64,000 bases of DNA from Bdellovibrionales bacterium (GCA_040380025.1 JBEIJY010000001.1:1-64000); one strand, 5' to 3'; counted from the first letter of the stretch, positions 17,968 through 28,228 are shown. The notes: generated from the letters alone by a model not told the origin. Translations and numbers: made by a program.

Positions 17968-18615
17968 ATGGGTTTATTGATTCTTTTGTTGGGCGGGGTT
18001 CTTTCTTCTTTTTCATACGCGGGCACGGTGCTGATCGTGGGCGATTCCCACTCCGTGGGAACCTTCGGGAAAACCTTTCATGAACAGCTTCGGCAAAAAA
18101 CCATTCAGCCGGTCGAGCTTCGCGCCAGTTGCGGCTCGATCATCCGGTGGTGGTACACTGGGCAAGAGACGCCCTGCGGGTATCTCGAGATCTCGCCCGA
18201 GGGAACCCAGCGGAGCCTGAAGCGAGCACGGACGCCACTGATTCCGGCGCTGTTTGACTCCGTGAAGCCCTCCACGGTAATCGTGGCGCTGGGCTCGAAT
18301 TATCTCAGGGGCTATCCCGATGCGACCCTCTTCGATGATGTTCGTCGTCTCCTTCTCGACATCCAGCGGATCGGCGCCCGGTGCATCTGGATCGGTCCCC
18401 CGACCATGGCGAAATTCCGCGCCGAGCTTCCCGAATTCATGCACCGGCTCGAAGCCCTTTTGCATTCCTCCTGCATCCTGATCGACAGCAGGCCCTTCAC
18501 CCGATATCCCGAGGGCGCTCGGGATGGAATCCACTTCGACTGGGAAGAACTGAAACCGATTGCGCGGGAATGGGCGCGGGAAGTGGGCAGTCGCGCGGCT
18601 TCGGCTCTCCGGTAA
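17968..18615 (+). CDS. Secreted SGNH/GDSL hydrolase
   Basis: VGDSH, LGSN and DGIH motifs; signal peptide. Confidence 0.85.
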   Translation: MGLLILLLGGVLSSFSYAGTVLIVGDSHSVGTFGKTFHEQLRQKTIQPVELRASCGSIIRWWYTGQETPCGYLEISPEGTQRSLKRARTPLIPALFDSVKPSTVIVALGSNYLRGYPDATLFDDVRRLLLDIQRIGARCIWIGPPTMAKFRAELPEFMHRLEALLHSSCILIDSRPFTRYPEGARDGIHFDWEELKPIAREWAREVGSRAASALR

Positions 18616-18621
18616 AAACCG

Positions 18622-18650
18622 TTGCGCGGCTTTTCGGGCTTCGTTAAGGT
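18622..18650 (+). promoter_or_regulatory. Sigma70 promoter, 8 nt before the hmgA ATG
   Basis: TTGCGC-17-TAAGGT-CAGAGTCC-ATG with no SD. Confidence 0.55.
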
Positions 18651-18658
18651 CAGAGTCC

Positions 18659-19948
18659 ATGAGCTATCTTCATGGTTTTGGCAATCACTTCGAATCTGAG
18701 GCGCGTCCGGGAACCCTGCCTCTCGGCCAGAATTCACCCCAAAAAATTGAATCGGGCCTCTTTGCCGAACAACTGAATGGAACGCCCTTCACCTCGCCCC
18801 GCCACCGGAACCTGAAGACCTGGCTTTACAAGATCGGCCCCTCGGTCATCCAGGGGCGCTTCGAAGAAGTCGGACATGGCTCTTGGATCAGCCATGAGTC
18901 GCAGGGGCGCTTCAAAAAAACTCCGGAAGCGCTCCGGTTTCATCCGTTTCCGGAGCCGAAAACGCCCGTTGATTTTCTGGATAGCATCTTCACCTATGCG
19001 ATCAACGGAAGCTGCTTCACGAACACCGGGCTTGGCATCCACCTTTTCGCTTTCAATCGCGGCATGGGCGACCGGTATTTGTACAACGCGGATGCCGAGA
19101 TGATGATCGTCCTCCAAAAAGGCGAGATCGCAGTACACACCGAGCTAGGACTCCTCGAACTTGCTCCGCTCACGATCGGAGTCATTCCGCGCGGAATGAA
19201 GTTCAAGGTGGAGCTTGCTCCCGGGACCGACTCCGTACGCGGCTATCTTTGCGAGAACTTCGGGCTTCCGTTCCAGCTCCCCGAGCTCGGCCCCATCGGA
19301 GCGAACGGCCTGGCGAATCCCCGCGATTTCGAAATCCCCACCGCGCGCTTCGAGAATCGTGCCGGAAACATCGAGCTCTTCGCGCGCTATCAGGGATCGC
19401 TCTGGCGTGCTCCCCTGAAGCACTCGCCGCTCGACACGGTCGCCTGGCACGGCAACTATGTTCCGTACCGGTATGATCTCAGAAAATTCAACACGATCAA
19501 TACGGTGAGCTTTGATCATCCCGATCCCTCGATCTTCACCGTGCTCACTTCGCCGAGTGCCGTCCCCGGAACCGCGAACTGCGACTTTGTGATTTTTCCG
19601 CCGCGCTGGATGGTGGCCGAGCACACCTTCCGTCCGCCCTATTACCACCGCAACATCATGAACGAGTTCATGGGACTCATCGAAGGCGCATATGACGCCA
19701 AAGAGGATGGATTCCGCCCCGGAGGCGCAAGCCTTCACAATGCCTTCACCGGACACGGCCCCGATGCCGATGCCTTCCGGAAGGCCTCCGGCTCGCCGCT
19801 CTCGCCGACCCGGTACGAGAACACCATGGCGTTCATGTGGGAGTCGCATTATCCGTTCTGGCCATCCGAACAAGCATTGAAGCGTCCGGACATCCTCGAC
19901 GTGTCTTATGTCGACTGCTGGCAGAGCCTCCCCCGTTCTTTTCGCTGA
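18659..19948 (+). CDS. hmgA: Homogentisate 1,2-dioxygenase
   Basis: GQNSPQ, GPIGANGLANPRDF, DHPDPSIFTVLT and TFRPPYYHRN motifs. Confidence 0.97.
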   Translation: MSYLHGFGNHFESEARPGTLPLGQNSPQKIESGLFAEQLNGTPFTSPRHRNLKTWLYKIGPSVIQGRFEEVGHGSWISHESQGRFKKTPEALRFHPFPEPKTPVDFLDSIFTYAINGSCFTNTGLGIHLFAFNRGMGDRYLYNADAEMMIVLQKGEIAVHTELGLLELAPLTIGVIPRGMKFKVELAPGTDSVRGYLCENFGLPFQLPELGPIGANGLANPRDFEIPTARFENRAGNIELFARYQGSLWRAPLKHSPLDTVAWHGNYVPYRYDLRKFNTINTVSFDHPDPSIFTVLTSPSAVPGTANCDFVIFPPRWMVAEHTFRPPYYHRNIMNEFMGLIEGAYDAKEDGFRPGGASLHNAFTGHGPDADAFRKASGSPLSPTRYENTMAFMWESHYPFWPSEQALKRPDILDVSYVDCWQSLPRSFR

Positions 19949-19950
19949 TC

Positions 19951-20598
19951 ATGGCGCTCTCGAAAAAAGAAAAACTCGCGCGTGCGGAGTTCATCCGGGA
20001 AGATCTCGAACAACGATACCCCGATCCGGCACCGCCGCTCGATCATCGCGATCCGTTCACGTTTCTGGTGGCGGTCGCGCTCTCGGCCCAAACGACCGAT
20101 GCGCGGGTGAACCTCGTGACGCCCGCCCTGTTCGACCGCGCCCCGACGCCCGAGAAAATGGCCGCGCTCGACCCGTCCGAGATCCTCTCGTACATCAAGA
20201 CCTGCGGTCTTGCGCCCACCAAAGCCAAAAACGTGCACAAGCTCTCAAAACTCCTCTGCGAGCACCACGGTGGCAAGGTCCCGCGGACCTTCGAGGAACT
20301 CGAGGCCCTGCCCGGTGTCGGCCACAAAACCGCAAGTGTCGTGATGGGGCAAATTTACGGAATTCCGGCTTTTCCCGTCGACACCCATGTGCACCGGCTC
20401 GCGAAACGCTGGAAGCTTTCGAGCGGCAAAACGGTCGAAACAACCGAGGAAGACCTGAAGGAATTGTTCCCTGAGAAAATCTGGAGCAAACTCTCGCTCC
20501 AGATCATCTTTTACGGGCGGGAATACTGCACGGCCCGGGGCTGTGACGGACGGATCTGCCCCATTTGCGCGCACTTGAACTCAAAAAAACGCCTGTAA
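19951..20598 (+). CDS. nth: Endonuclease III
   Basis: LSAQTTD, HhH motif LPGVGHKTA, PVDTHVHR and a C-terminal Cys cluster. Confidence 0.95.
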   Translation: MALSKKEKLARAEFIREDLEQRYPDPAPPLDHRDPFTFLVAVALSAQTTDARVNLVTPALFDRAPTPEKMAALDPSEILSYIKTCGLAPTKAKNVHKLSKLLCEHHGGKVPRTFEELEALPGVGHKTASVVMGQIYGIPAFPVDTHVHRLAKRWKLSSGKTVETTEEDLKELFPEKIWSKLSLQIIFYGREYCTARGCDGRICPICAHLNSKKRL

Positions 20599-20607
20599 AA
20601 AATCCGA

Positions 20608-21576
20608 TCAAACCGACTCATCCGCGCCGGACGTCAGGTACAGTGGCCGCTGGCTGATCGGCCCGAGGTTCCGCAGGCTTTGCACGGTCTTCACCTTCGG
20701 TTGATATCCGAAGGTTTTGCGAAAGAGGTCATCCGACACCACAGTCGGATACTTGAAGTACTCGAGCAAGTACGGGGGAAAGGGAATTCCGCTCGCTTCC
20801 GCGATGATCCGGACCAGAGAAGTCGAAACCAAAGGAGGCACCGGAATCGCAACCGCTTGCGCGTGCCGGATCGCATGACTCAGGGGAACCACTCCCTCGC
20901 CCGCGACATTGAAGATCCCGGGCACGGGGTTCTCGAGTGCGAGAATCAGGGCGCGCGCGAGATCCTTCTCGTCGATGAACTGCATGAGCGGATCAAACCC
21001 GAAGATTCTCGGGCACACACCCGACCGGAGAAGCGAGCAGATCGCATTTCGAACGTGCTTCCCGACCACGTTCACCGGCCGCAGAATCGTGGTCCGCACA
21101 TCGCGCGCCCGCCACATGAAGTGCGTGGCTGCATGATCCATCTCGACCGCATCCGCGAGCTCGGGAAAGCTCTGCGAGGCCCGAAGGGGTGCGCTCTCGC
21201 CGATCGCAAGCGGATTCAAACGGTGCGCGCCGTACACGTGGTACGTGCTCAGAATCACCAGATTCCGCACCCCCGTACCGCGGCAGAGTTCAAGAAGCTT
21301 CTGCGTGCCCACCACGTTCATCTGGAAGCGGTACTGGGGAGAGTACTTCTGGGTCTCGCGGATCCTCCCCAAATGCAAAACCGCATCGAACTGATGACGC
21401 CGGAACACCTCATCGAGCTTTCGGCTGTGATAATCGGCGATGATGAACTCGCCCGGAAAATGCGTCTCGCTCGGGCAAGGCCTGGGGTCGATGCCCACAC
21501 ACTCATACTTGGGCGAAAGGGCGCTCGAAACCAGGCGGGCGATCGCGCCCGAGGCTCCGGTCACGAGAATCTTCAT
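20608..21576 (-). CDS. NAD-dependent epimerase/dehydratase family (atypical SDR)
   Basis: ILVTGASG, NVVGT and FNVAG motifs; the YxxxK motif appears degenerate. Confidence 0.85.
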   Translation of the reverse strand: MKILVTGASGAIARLVSSALSPKYECVGIDPRPCPSETHFPGEFIIADYHSRKLDEVFRRHQFDAVLHLGRIRETQKYSPQYRFQMNVVGTQKLLELCRGTGVRNLVILSTYHVYGAHRLNPLAIGESAPLRASQSFPELADAVEMDHAATHFMWRARDVRTTILRPVNVVGKHVRNAICSLLRSGVCPRIFGFDPLMQFIDEKDLARALILALENPVPGIFNVAGEGVVPLSHAIRHAQAVAIPVPPLVSTSLVRIIAEASGIPFPPYLLEYFKYPTVVSDDLFRKTFGYQPKVKTVQSLRNLGPISQRPLYLTSGADESV

Positions 21577-22481
21577 TTCGCGGCCCCCGAAAAAATATTG
21601 TCGCCGCGGAGCTGGAGTCCGGTATTGATCTCCGCTTGCAGGGATTCTTTCACCCGCTGGACTTTCTCCCGGATCTTCTCTTCGTCCTCATTCGCATCCC
21701 CCTCGAAATGAAGCGGAGTCCCGAACCGTACTGTAACCTTTGCGGGCAAAGGCAGGAGTCCCATGGGCCCGAGGAGCGGAAAGAACGGCGTGACCGGGAA
21801 GTAAGGAGCACCGATCATTTTTGCGAGCGCCTCAAAGTTATAAATGCTGGGATAAGTCTCTTCGGTTCCGATCACCGCGACCGGTACGACGGGCGTCCTG
21901 GTCTCGAGCGCAAGACGCATGAATCCCGTGCCGAAGCGCTGGAGCTGATAGCGGTCCTTGAAGAGCTTGCCCGAGCCGCGGACCCCCTCAGGGAAGACGA
22001 GCACCGACTGATCATGCTCGAGAAGCTCACGGCAGTTCATCGGGTCTCCGACCATGGCACCGATGCGCGTGAACAAAGTGCTCACAAACGGAACCGTCGG
22101 AACCCAGCGCTCCACCATGGCCCGCGCGATGCGCGGCGGTTCGCCGTCGATGAAGAGCGCCAGTCCCGCCATCATCGCATCGAGCGGAATCTGTCCGCCG
22201 TGGTTTCCGATGAACAGGGCTCGCCCGCCGGGGAGATTCTCGATTCCTGCGGTCTCGACCCGAAAATACTTCCGGTACAAAAAATAAAGCAGAGGCGCGA
22301 ATTTGCGAACGGTTTCGGGATGGAGCCCCCAGCGGTCGAATCCCGCCGAATTCAACTCGAGATTCATCCGGGCGAGCCGCTCGTCCAGCTCGGGGATCGG
22401 CGCGAGATCAAGATGATCCCACCGTTTGATCAGTTGCTTGATCTGCTCGAAATCGGTCTCCATCAGGAATCGCTTCAACAT
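21573..22481 (-). CDS. Lysophospholipid/glycerol acyltransferase (PlsC-like)
   Basis: NHGGQIPLD and FPEG motifs; start after a GGGAG SD. Confidence 0.9.
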   Translation of the reverse strand: MLKRFLMETDFEQIKQLIKRWDHLDLAPIPELDERLARMNLELNSAGFDRWGLHPETVRKFAPLLYFLYRKYFRVETAGIENLPGGRALFIGNHGGQIPLDAMMAGLALFIDGEPPRIARAMVERWVPTVPFVSTLFTRIGAMVGDPMNCRELLEHDQSVLVFPEGVRGSGKLFKDRYQLQRFGTGFMRLALETRTPVVPVAVIGTEETYPSIYNFEALAKMIGAPYFPVTPFFPLLGPMGLLPLPAKVTVRFGTPLHFEGDANEDEEKIREKVQRVKESLQAEINTGLQLRGDNIFSGAAK

Positions 22482-22593
22482 CTTGCTCCCGAATCTAGAT
22501 GATCCGGCGGATTCCGGGCAAACAAAATCGTGGCGGATTCTCGTCAGGATTCCACACGATCTCGAACCATTCCGGACCGGGCCCGAGGCACGC

Positions 22594-23979
22594 TCAGGCG
22601 GCTTTTCGTCGGGACGAGAGCCAATGGATGAGTTTCGTTGCGATCTCGCCGAGCCCGAGGATCTCCTGCGCGGCTTCGAGGCGGATCGCCTCCCGCGGCA
22701 TTCCGAACACGGCCGAGGTCTTTTCATCCTGGGCGATGGTCCGGGCGCCCGCCTTCCGGAGCTTCAAAAGCCCTTCGGCCCCATCGGTGCCCATTCCGGT
22801 CAACAGAACCCCGATGCAGTGCCCGCCGCAGGCCATCACCACCGAGTCGAACAGGTAATCGACCGAGGGCTTGTGGCGGTTCACCGGCGGTGAATCATCG
22901 ATCACGATGTAGCGCTTGCCGTCCGCGCGCCTTTTGATCGACATCTGTTTTCCGCCCGGAGCGACATACACATTCCCCGGGAGCACCTCCATGCCATGGG
23001 TCGCCTCGGCGACCTTGAAAGGGCACAAGGAGTCCATGCGCTCGGCAAAGGCCCGCGAGAACACGGGCGGAATGTGCTGGGTGATCAGAATCGGCGGAAT
23101 CGACTCGGGAAGCTGGGTCAGAACCTTGCGAAGCGCCTCGGTTCCTCCAGTGGAAGACCCGATCGCGATCAAACAGGACTGATCGAGCGCGCCGTTCAAG
23201 GAAACAATGCGCGCGCCAACCGGGGATGAATTCAGCCGGAGCGAATTCACCTTGATCGTTCCCGCCATCTTGATTTTCTCGATCAAGACCGGGGTCAGTT
23301 CCTCGAGTTCGCTTGCCGTGGGCTTTTGGATGTAATCGACCGCGCCGGCCTCGAGCGCTTGCAACACCTTCGGCCCCTCCTCCATGCTGATGGCCGAGAT
23401 CATCACGGTGGGAATGGGAAACTTGGGGAGGTACTCCTTCAGAAACGCCACCCCGTCCATCTCGGGCATCTCGAGATCGAGCGTGATCACATCGGGCTTC
23501 AGTTTTTCCATGAGCGTGCGCGCGCCGGACGGACGATCCGTGGCACCGACCACCTCGATCAGAGGATCACTGCTCAAGATCTTGGTCAGGAGCGTGCGGA
23601 TCGTCTTCGAGTCATCGACAACGAGCACGCGGATCTTCCGAGCGACTTGCAACTTGCATTCTTTCGGAAAAAAACGCAGCTCGAAACTTCCCTCCCGCAC
23701 GGCAGAATTGAGGAGGGGAATTCCCTTGTCGTCCATCCATTCCCGGATCTGCCCCATGATCCGCTCAGTGCCCACCATCTTGAACCCCGTCGGAGTTCCG
23801 ATCGCCTCGCGGATCAGATCATATCCTCGCTCGAGATCGCCTTCATGGAACCAGCGGGCATTGAACCAGACCGCCGCCGATGTGCCCCTGCCCTGTCCCA
23901 CCCAAAGAACTCCGTCAAAGAGAGTCATTTTCTCTCCGGCTTGGGCTTCCGAAATCAGTTCCAGATGCTCGAGTGCCAT
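22594..23979 (-). CDS. cheB: Chemotaxis methylesterase CheB with an extra ~115-aa N-terminal (CheD-like) domain
   Basis: REC domain (VDDS, TLDLEMP); GSSTGG, QHIP, HKPSVD and LTGMGTDG motifs. Confidence 0.93.
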   Translation of the reverse strand: MALEHLELISEAQAGEKMTLFDGVLWVGQGRGTSAAVWFNARWFHEGDLERGYDLIREAIGTPTGFKMVGTERIMGQIREWMDDKGIPLLNSAVREGSFELRFFPKECKLQVARKIRVLVVDDSKTIRTLLTKILSSDPLIEVVGATDRPSGARTLMEKLKPDVITLDLEMPEMDGVAFLKEYLPKFPIPTVMISAISMEEGPKVLQALEAGAVDYIQKPTASELEELTPVLIEKIKMAGTIKVNSLRLNSSPVGARIVSLNGALDQSCLIAIGSSTGGTEALRKVLTQLPESIPPILITQHIPPVFSRAFAERMDSLCPFKVAEATHGMEVLPGNVYVAPGGKQMSIKRRADGKRYIVIDDSPPVNRHKPSVDYLFDSVVMACGGHCIGVLLTGMGTDGAEGLLKLRKAGARTIAQDEKTSAVFGMPREAIRLEAAQEILGLGEIATKLIHWLSSRRKAA

Positions 23980-23982
23980 GGG

Positions 23983-25833
23983 TCATTCCCTCCCGAAGAA
24001 CTCAGTGCCCATATAGGCAAAGCTGGTGTAGGGAAACACCTCATTCGCACGGGCCTGAAGGGGCTTGGTGCCCGTCCCGTCTCCGAGATCCTCCAAAAAC
24101 AATCGTCCAACGGGCCATGCCTTGATCAAACCGGCCGAGCCCGCGCCCACTTCTCCGAATACCCCGAACACGACCTTGTCGCCCGCATGGAGCTTCGGAA
24201 GAAACTCCATCATCCGCCGGAAGTCGAGGACCAGAATTTCCCCGGGCTTCGCTTTCGCCACCAAAGCCTCCTGATAGCGCACGGTTTTCCCGCTTTTCTT
24301 CGACAACTCCTCGGCCACGGCCGGGAGATTCGCCTCGACACCCTCGAACAACAGGTACACCGGCGGCTCCGCCGGGCCGAACTCGCGGATCATGGCCGCA
24401 GTCTTGGCCAGATGCCCGAGCCCCGTGAGCTGGACCCGTGCTTTCCGTTCGGGATTCCGGACGAGGAGCGTCTTTTTGAATTGTGAATCGAGCGTGAGCG
24501 AACGGACCGATCCGCCCTTCCGGGAGCCGATGGCGGTCTTGAGCTTGGCCCGAATCTCCTCGCCCCGCTCTTCGAGCTTGTTCAGCGCGGGTTTCTCGAC
24601 AAAATCCGAAGCCCCGAGTTCGAGGGTCCGCATCGCGACCTCTGACTGATCGCGCGAGACCGAACTCACCACCACAACAGGTGGATGATCGGGGCCGAAA
24701 TTTTTTTCGAGGTATTCGACGCCGTTCTGTTCGGGCATGTGAATGTCGAGAGTCACCACATCGACTTGCCCGTTCAGTCCCTTGAGCTTGCTTGCGGCTT
24801 CGATTCCGTTCAGTGCGGTCCCCACGACCTCGAAACCCGATTCTTTTCGAAGAATGTGCTTCATGAGGGTGTGAATGCTCGGAGAATCATCGATACAAAA
24901 AACCCGAACCGGTCTTTCGGCCGGGATCGTCGCTCTCGGAGCGGTCGAAGAACCGGTCGAAGAAGCCGCCGTCGCGGGAGCCTGGCCCGTGAATCGATAA
25001 ATCGACGGCCCCTCCATCTTAAGGTCGAATCCGAGCCCGTTCAGGCTCTCCGAGATGCCGATAAAGAAGTACCCCTTCGGGTTCAAATGCCGGAGCAACA
25101 TCGAGGTGCTGGTCCGGATCTGCTCCGGAGTGAAATAGATGAACACATTCCGGCAGAAAATGATGTCAAACATCTGCCCGACAAAGCGATCCTGCAAGTC
25201 CAGAAGATTCGACTTCTCGAACGAGACCACCTCGCGGAGGCTCGAGCGCGCCTTCACGAATTCCGCAACCTCCCCTGTTCCTCTCGCCCAGTGATTCCCG
25301 AGGTACGAGAGCGGCACCTCGCTGATCTCCCGCCGGGGGTAAACTCCATTCTCGGCGATCCGGATGGATTGTTCGTCGACATCGGTCCCGAGAATCTTGA
25401 ATTTCAGATCCGGGCCAAAAGCCTTCAGATGAAAATGCAGGTACATCGCAAGCGAGTACACCTCCTGCCCCCTCGATGCGGCCGCACACCAGATCTTCAG
25501 GGTTTTGTCGGGCCGGCTCCGGACTTCCGCAACCAGTGCGGGGAGCGCTTTGACGGCGAGAAACTCGAAATGGCTGAATTCCCTGAAAAAATACGTGTAG
25601 TGCGTGGTCAGAAGCGAGATGATGTGCTGGATCTCCGAGGTTTCGTGCTCCTCGTAATACCCCTGGTACTCGAACAGATTCCGGTACCCCAAATCCTGTA
25701 CGCGTTTTCCGAGCCTCACCCGGACCATCTGGAGCTGGCTCTCTCCGAGCTGGACCCCCGTAAGACGGGTCACCTCCCGCGCCAGGTGCTCGATCAGATC
25801 CGCATACTTGTAATTCTTCAACGGTGCTCCCAT
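23983..25833 (-). CDS. cheR: CheR methyltransferase fused to a CheB-type receiver domain and a C-terminal alpha/beta domain
   Basis: TTHYTYFFRE, WCAAASRGQEVYS and FDIIFCRNVFIYF motifs, then IDDS/TLDIHMP/FVEKP. Confidence 0.9.
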   Translation of the reverse strand: MGAPLKNYKYADLIEHLAREVTRLTGVQLGESQLQMVRVRLGKRVQDLGYRNLFEYQGYYEEHETSEIQHIISLLTTHYTYFFREFSHFEFLAVKALPALVAEVRSRPDKTLKIWCAAASRGQEVYSLAMYLHFHLKAFGPDLKFKILGTDVDEQSIRIAENGVYPRREISEVPLSYLGNHWARGTGEVAEFVKARSSLREVVSFEKSNLLDLQDRFVGQMFDIIFCRNVFIYFTPEQIRTSTSMLLRHLNPKGYFFIGISESLNGLGFDLKMEGPSIYRFTGQAPATAASSTGSSTAPRATIPAERPVRVFCIDDSPSIHTLMKHILRKESGFEVVGTALNGIEAASKLKGLNGQVDVVTLDIHMPEQNGVEYLEKNFGPDHPPVVVVSSVSRDQSEVAMRTLELGASDFVEKPALNKLEERGEEIRAKLKTAIGSRKGGSVRSLTLDSQFKKTLLVRNPERKARVQLTGLGHLAKTAAMIREFGPAEPPVYLLFEGVEANLPAVAEELSKKSGKTVRYQEALVAKAKPGEILVLDFRRMMEFLPKLHAGDKVVFGVFGEVGAGSAGLIKAWPVGRLFLEDLGDGTGTKPLQARANEVFPYTSFAYMGTEFFGRE

Positions 25834-25842
25834 GCTTGCTCC

Positions 25843-26343
25843 TTATGCTGCTTTTTTCGATTCCGCGATTCCCGGTATTCCCCGGATGGCATGCTGATCC
25901 TCAAGGCTCAGACTTTTTGAGAGATCCAAAAACAGCACAAGCCGGCTGTCTTTTCGATACACACCAGTGATGTAATCAGTGGGCCGCCCGGACTGGATCT
26001 CGGGCTTCGGGGACACTTCGGCGGGTTCAGGAGAAAGCACCGTGTTCACAGAGTCCACCACGACCCCGACCGCGGCCCCGTCCAGGTCGCAAATGATCAC
26101 TGTGGTCTCGCTGTCGCGTCCGGCCGGAAGCCCGAGCTTGAGCCGCAAATCCATCACCGAGATCACCTGCCCGCGAAGATTCATGATGCCCAGGAAACAA
26201 GGTGGCGTGTGGGGGACAGGCGTATATTCGGGCATCGCGATCACCTCACGTACTCGCAGAAGCTCCACCGCATACTCCTCCTTTCCTAAAGAAAAACTCA
26301 GGTACCGGTCATGACTGTTGGCGTTGGTTTGTTTCGGACTCAT
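25843..26343 (-). CDS. cheW: Chemotaxis coupling protein CheW
   Basis: GIMNLRGQVISVMDL and GVVVDSV motifs. Confidence 0.95.
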   Translation of the reverse strand: MSPKQTNANSHDRYLSFSLGKEEYAVELLRVREVIAMPEYTPVPHTPPCFLGIMNLRGQVISVMDLRLKLGLPAGRDSETTVIICDLDGAAVGVVVDSVNTVLSPEPAEVSPKPEIQSGRPTDYITGVYRKDSRLVLFLDLSKSLSLEDQHAIRGIPGIAESKKAA

Positions 26344-28175
26344 ACGGCAACTCCCCTTCTGGACGGTTTCACAAGTTCATTCATTTCGAGGATGATCGCG
26401 GGCTTCCCGTCCCCTAAAATCGCACTCCCGCTCATCCATTTCAGATTCTGGATCTCCGTGCCCACTTCCTTGATCACCACTTGCTGCTGTCCCAGAATGT
26501 CATCGACCATCACCGCGAACGGCTGGCCGGTGTAGCGGATCACCATGGCGATCTGTTCCCGAACGGTCTCTTTTTCGAGACGCTTCAGACCCAAAAGGGA
26601 ATTCAGACGGTAGAGCGGCAGATTCTCACCCCGAAGCAAAAGAACCTCGCCGATCCCCGTGGTCTGGTGCAGGTCCTTCTCGCCGGGCCGGAGTGTTTCA
26701 TGGACATGCGAGAGCGGCACCACGAACCGGCACCCGTCGTTCTGCACGACCATGCCGTCAATGATCGCAAGCGTGAGCGGCAGCAGTACCTTGAAGGTCG
26801 TGCCCTTGCCGAGCTCGGTCTCGACCAGCACCTCGCCCTGGAGAGCCTCAATGTTGGTCTTCACGACATCCATTCCCACGCCGCGCCCCGACACCTCGGT
26901 GACCTGGGCTTTGGTCGAGAACCCCGGATGAAAAATCAGCTGGATCGCCTCATGGGGTTCGAGCTTCGCGTCCGCAGGGAGGATTCCGCGCTCGATCGCT
27001 TTTGCCTTCAGTTTATCGCGGTCGATCCCGCCACCATCATCGCGGACCTCGATCACGAGCTTCCCACTTTGATGATACGCCCCCAAAGAGACGGTGCCCG
27101 TGTCGGATTTGCCATTGCCGGTCCGGACCTCGGGCGTTTCGATTCCGTGATCGCAGGCGTTCCGGATCAGATGCACCAGCGGGTCGCCGATCTTCTCGAG
27201 CACTGTCTTGTCGAGTTCGGTGTCATCGCCCGATGTGGCGAGCATGACCCGCTTGTTCAGCATGTTTGAGGTATCGCGGACAATCCGCTGCATTTTCTGG
27301 AACGTCTGCCGGAGCGGTACCATCCGAAGGCTCATCGAGATGTCCTGCACCTCTTTGGTGACCTTGCCCATTTGATGGATGGTCTTTCGAAGCCGGTCGG
27401 AACCATTGGCGAGCGATTGCTCGCGAAGAACTGTCTGCAGGATCACCAGCTCTCCGACCGAGTTGATGAGTTTTTCGAGGCGTGACAACGAAACACGGAT
27501 GGATTCATCCGATGCCGCCGTTGTGGCCGATGCGGCCGGAGCGGCCATCGATTTCGACGGAACGGGGCGAAGCTCGACCACGGGGGCGGGTGCGGGCTCC
27601 GGTATGAACGGACGCTCCTCTTCGGCCTGATCGTTCAGCGGATCCGCCGCGGGCGCCGGGGGCAAATCGAAGGAATCATTCACGAGCTTCAAAAGCTCGA
27701 TCTCCTCGGCCGTAGGAGGCGCCTCTCCCTCGAAACCCGCACTCGAATCGATCACGGGTTCCGTGACAGGAGGAGCCGGCGGAGGTGCGGCGGGAACACT
27801 CATCTCGTCCATCCGCGCCATAAGCTCGCCGCTGTCAATGCGGGCGTCAAGATTCTGTTTCAGGGTATCGACCATCATCCGGATGTGGTCATTGCACTGC
27901 AAAAGCAGGCTGATGATCGGGCCGCTCGCCGGGATCTCGCCGTTTTTCAGTTTCAAGAGAAAGCTCTCGAATCGGTGCGTGAAAACGCCGATGTCTTCGA
28001 ATCCGACCGCCTTGGAGCTTCCCTTCAGGTTGTGCGCGAGCCTGAAAATGCGGTCCAAAGTGGGGATGTCGCGAGGATCAGCCTCCAGCGCAAGAAAGCA
28101 CTGCTCGGTATCGGCAAGAAGTTGGCTTGCCTCCTCGAGAAACCCGACCTTCAACTCCTTCTCGAAATCATCCAT
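26340..28175 (-). CDS. cheA: Chemotaxis histidine kinase CheA (no evident P2 domain)
   Basis: IFRLAHNLKG, HLIRNACDHGIE, SGRGVGMDVV and LPLTLAII motifs. Confidence 0.97.
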   Translation of the reverse strand: MDDFEKELKVGFLEEASQLLADTEQCFLALEADPRDIPTLDRIFRLAHNLKGSSKAVGFEDIGVFTHRFESFLLKLKNGEIPASGPIISLLLQCNDHIRMMVDTLKQNLDARIDSGELMARMDEMSVPAAPPPAPPVTEPVIDSSAGFEGEAPPTAEEIELLKLVNDSFDLPPAPAADPLNDQAEEERPFIPEPAPAPVVELRPVPSKSMAAPAASATTAASDESIRVSLSRLEKLINSVGELVILQTVLREQSLANGSDRLRKTIHQMGKVTKEVQDISMSLRMVPLRQTFQKMQRIVRDTSNMLNKRVMLATSGDDTELDKTVLEKIGDPLVHLIRNACDHGIETPEVRTGNGKSDTGTVSLGAYHQSGKLVIEVRDDGGGIDRDKLKAKAIERGILPADAKLEPHEAIQLIFHPGFSTKAQVTEVSGRGVGMDVVKTNIEALQGEVLVETELGKGTTFKVLLPLTLAIIDGMVVQNDGCRFVVPLSHVHETLRPGEKDLHQTTGIGEVLLLRGENLPLYRLNSLLGLKRLEKETVREQIAMVIRYTGQPFAVMVDDILGQQQVVIKEVGTEIQNLKWMSGSAILGDGKPAIILEMNELVKPSRRGVAV

Positions 28176-28194
28176 GGTGTGACCTCACCGTGTC

Positions 28195-28222
28195 CTTTCG
28201 GAATGAGTGCGCCGCAACTTGA
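28195..28222 (-). promoter_or_regulatory. Sigma28-type promoter for the che operon
   Basis: TCAAG-N15-TCCGAAAG, with the same geometry as the motA promoter. Confidence 0.55.
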
Positions 28223-28228
28223 AGGAGA

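Noticed and set aside
20520..20575. Non-canonical Cys spacing in the Nth Fe-S motif (CTARGCDGRICPIC)
   Set aside because: Four Cys are retained; probably an ordinary variant.
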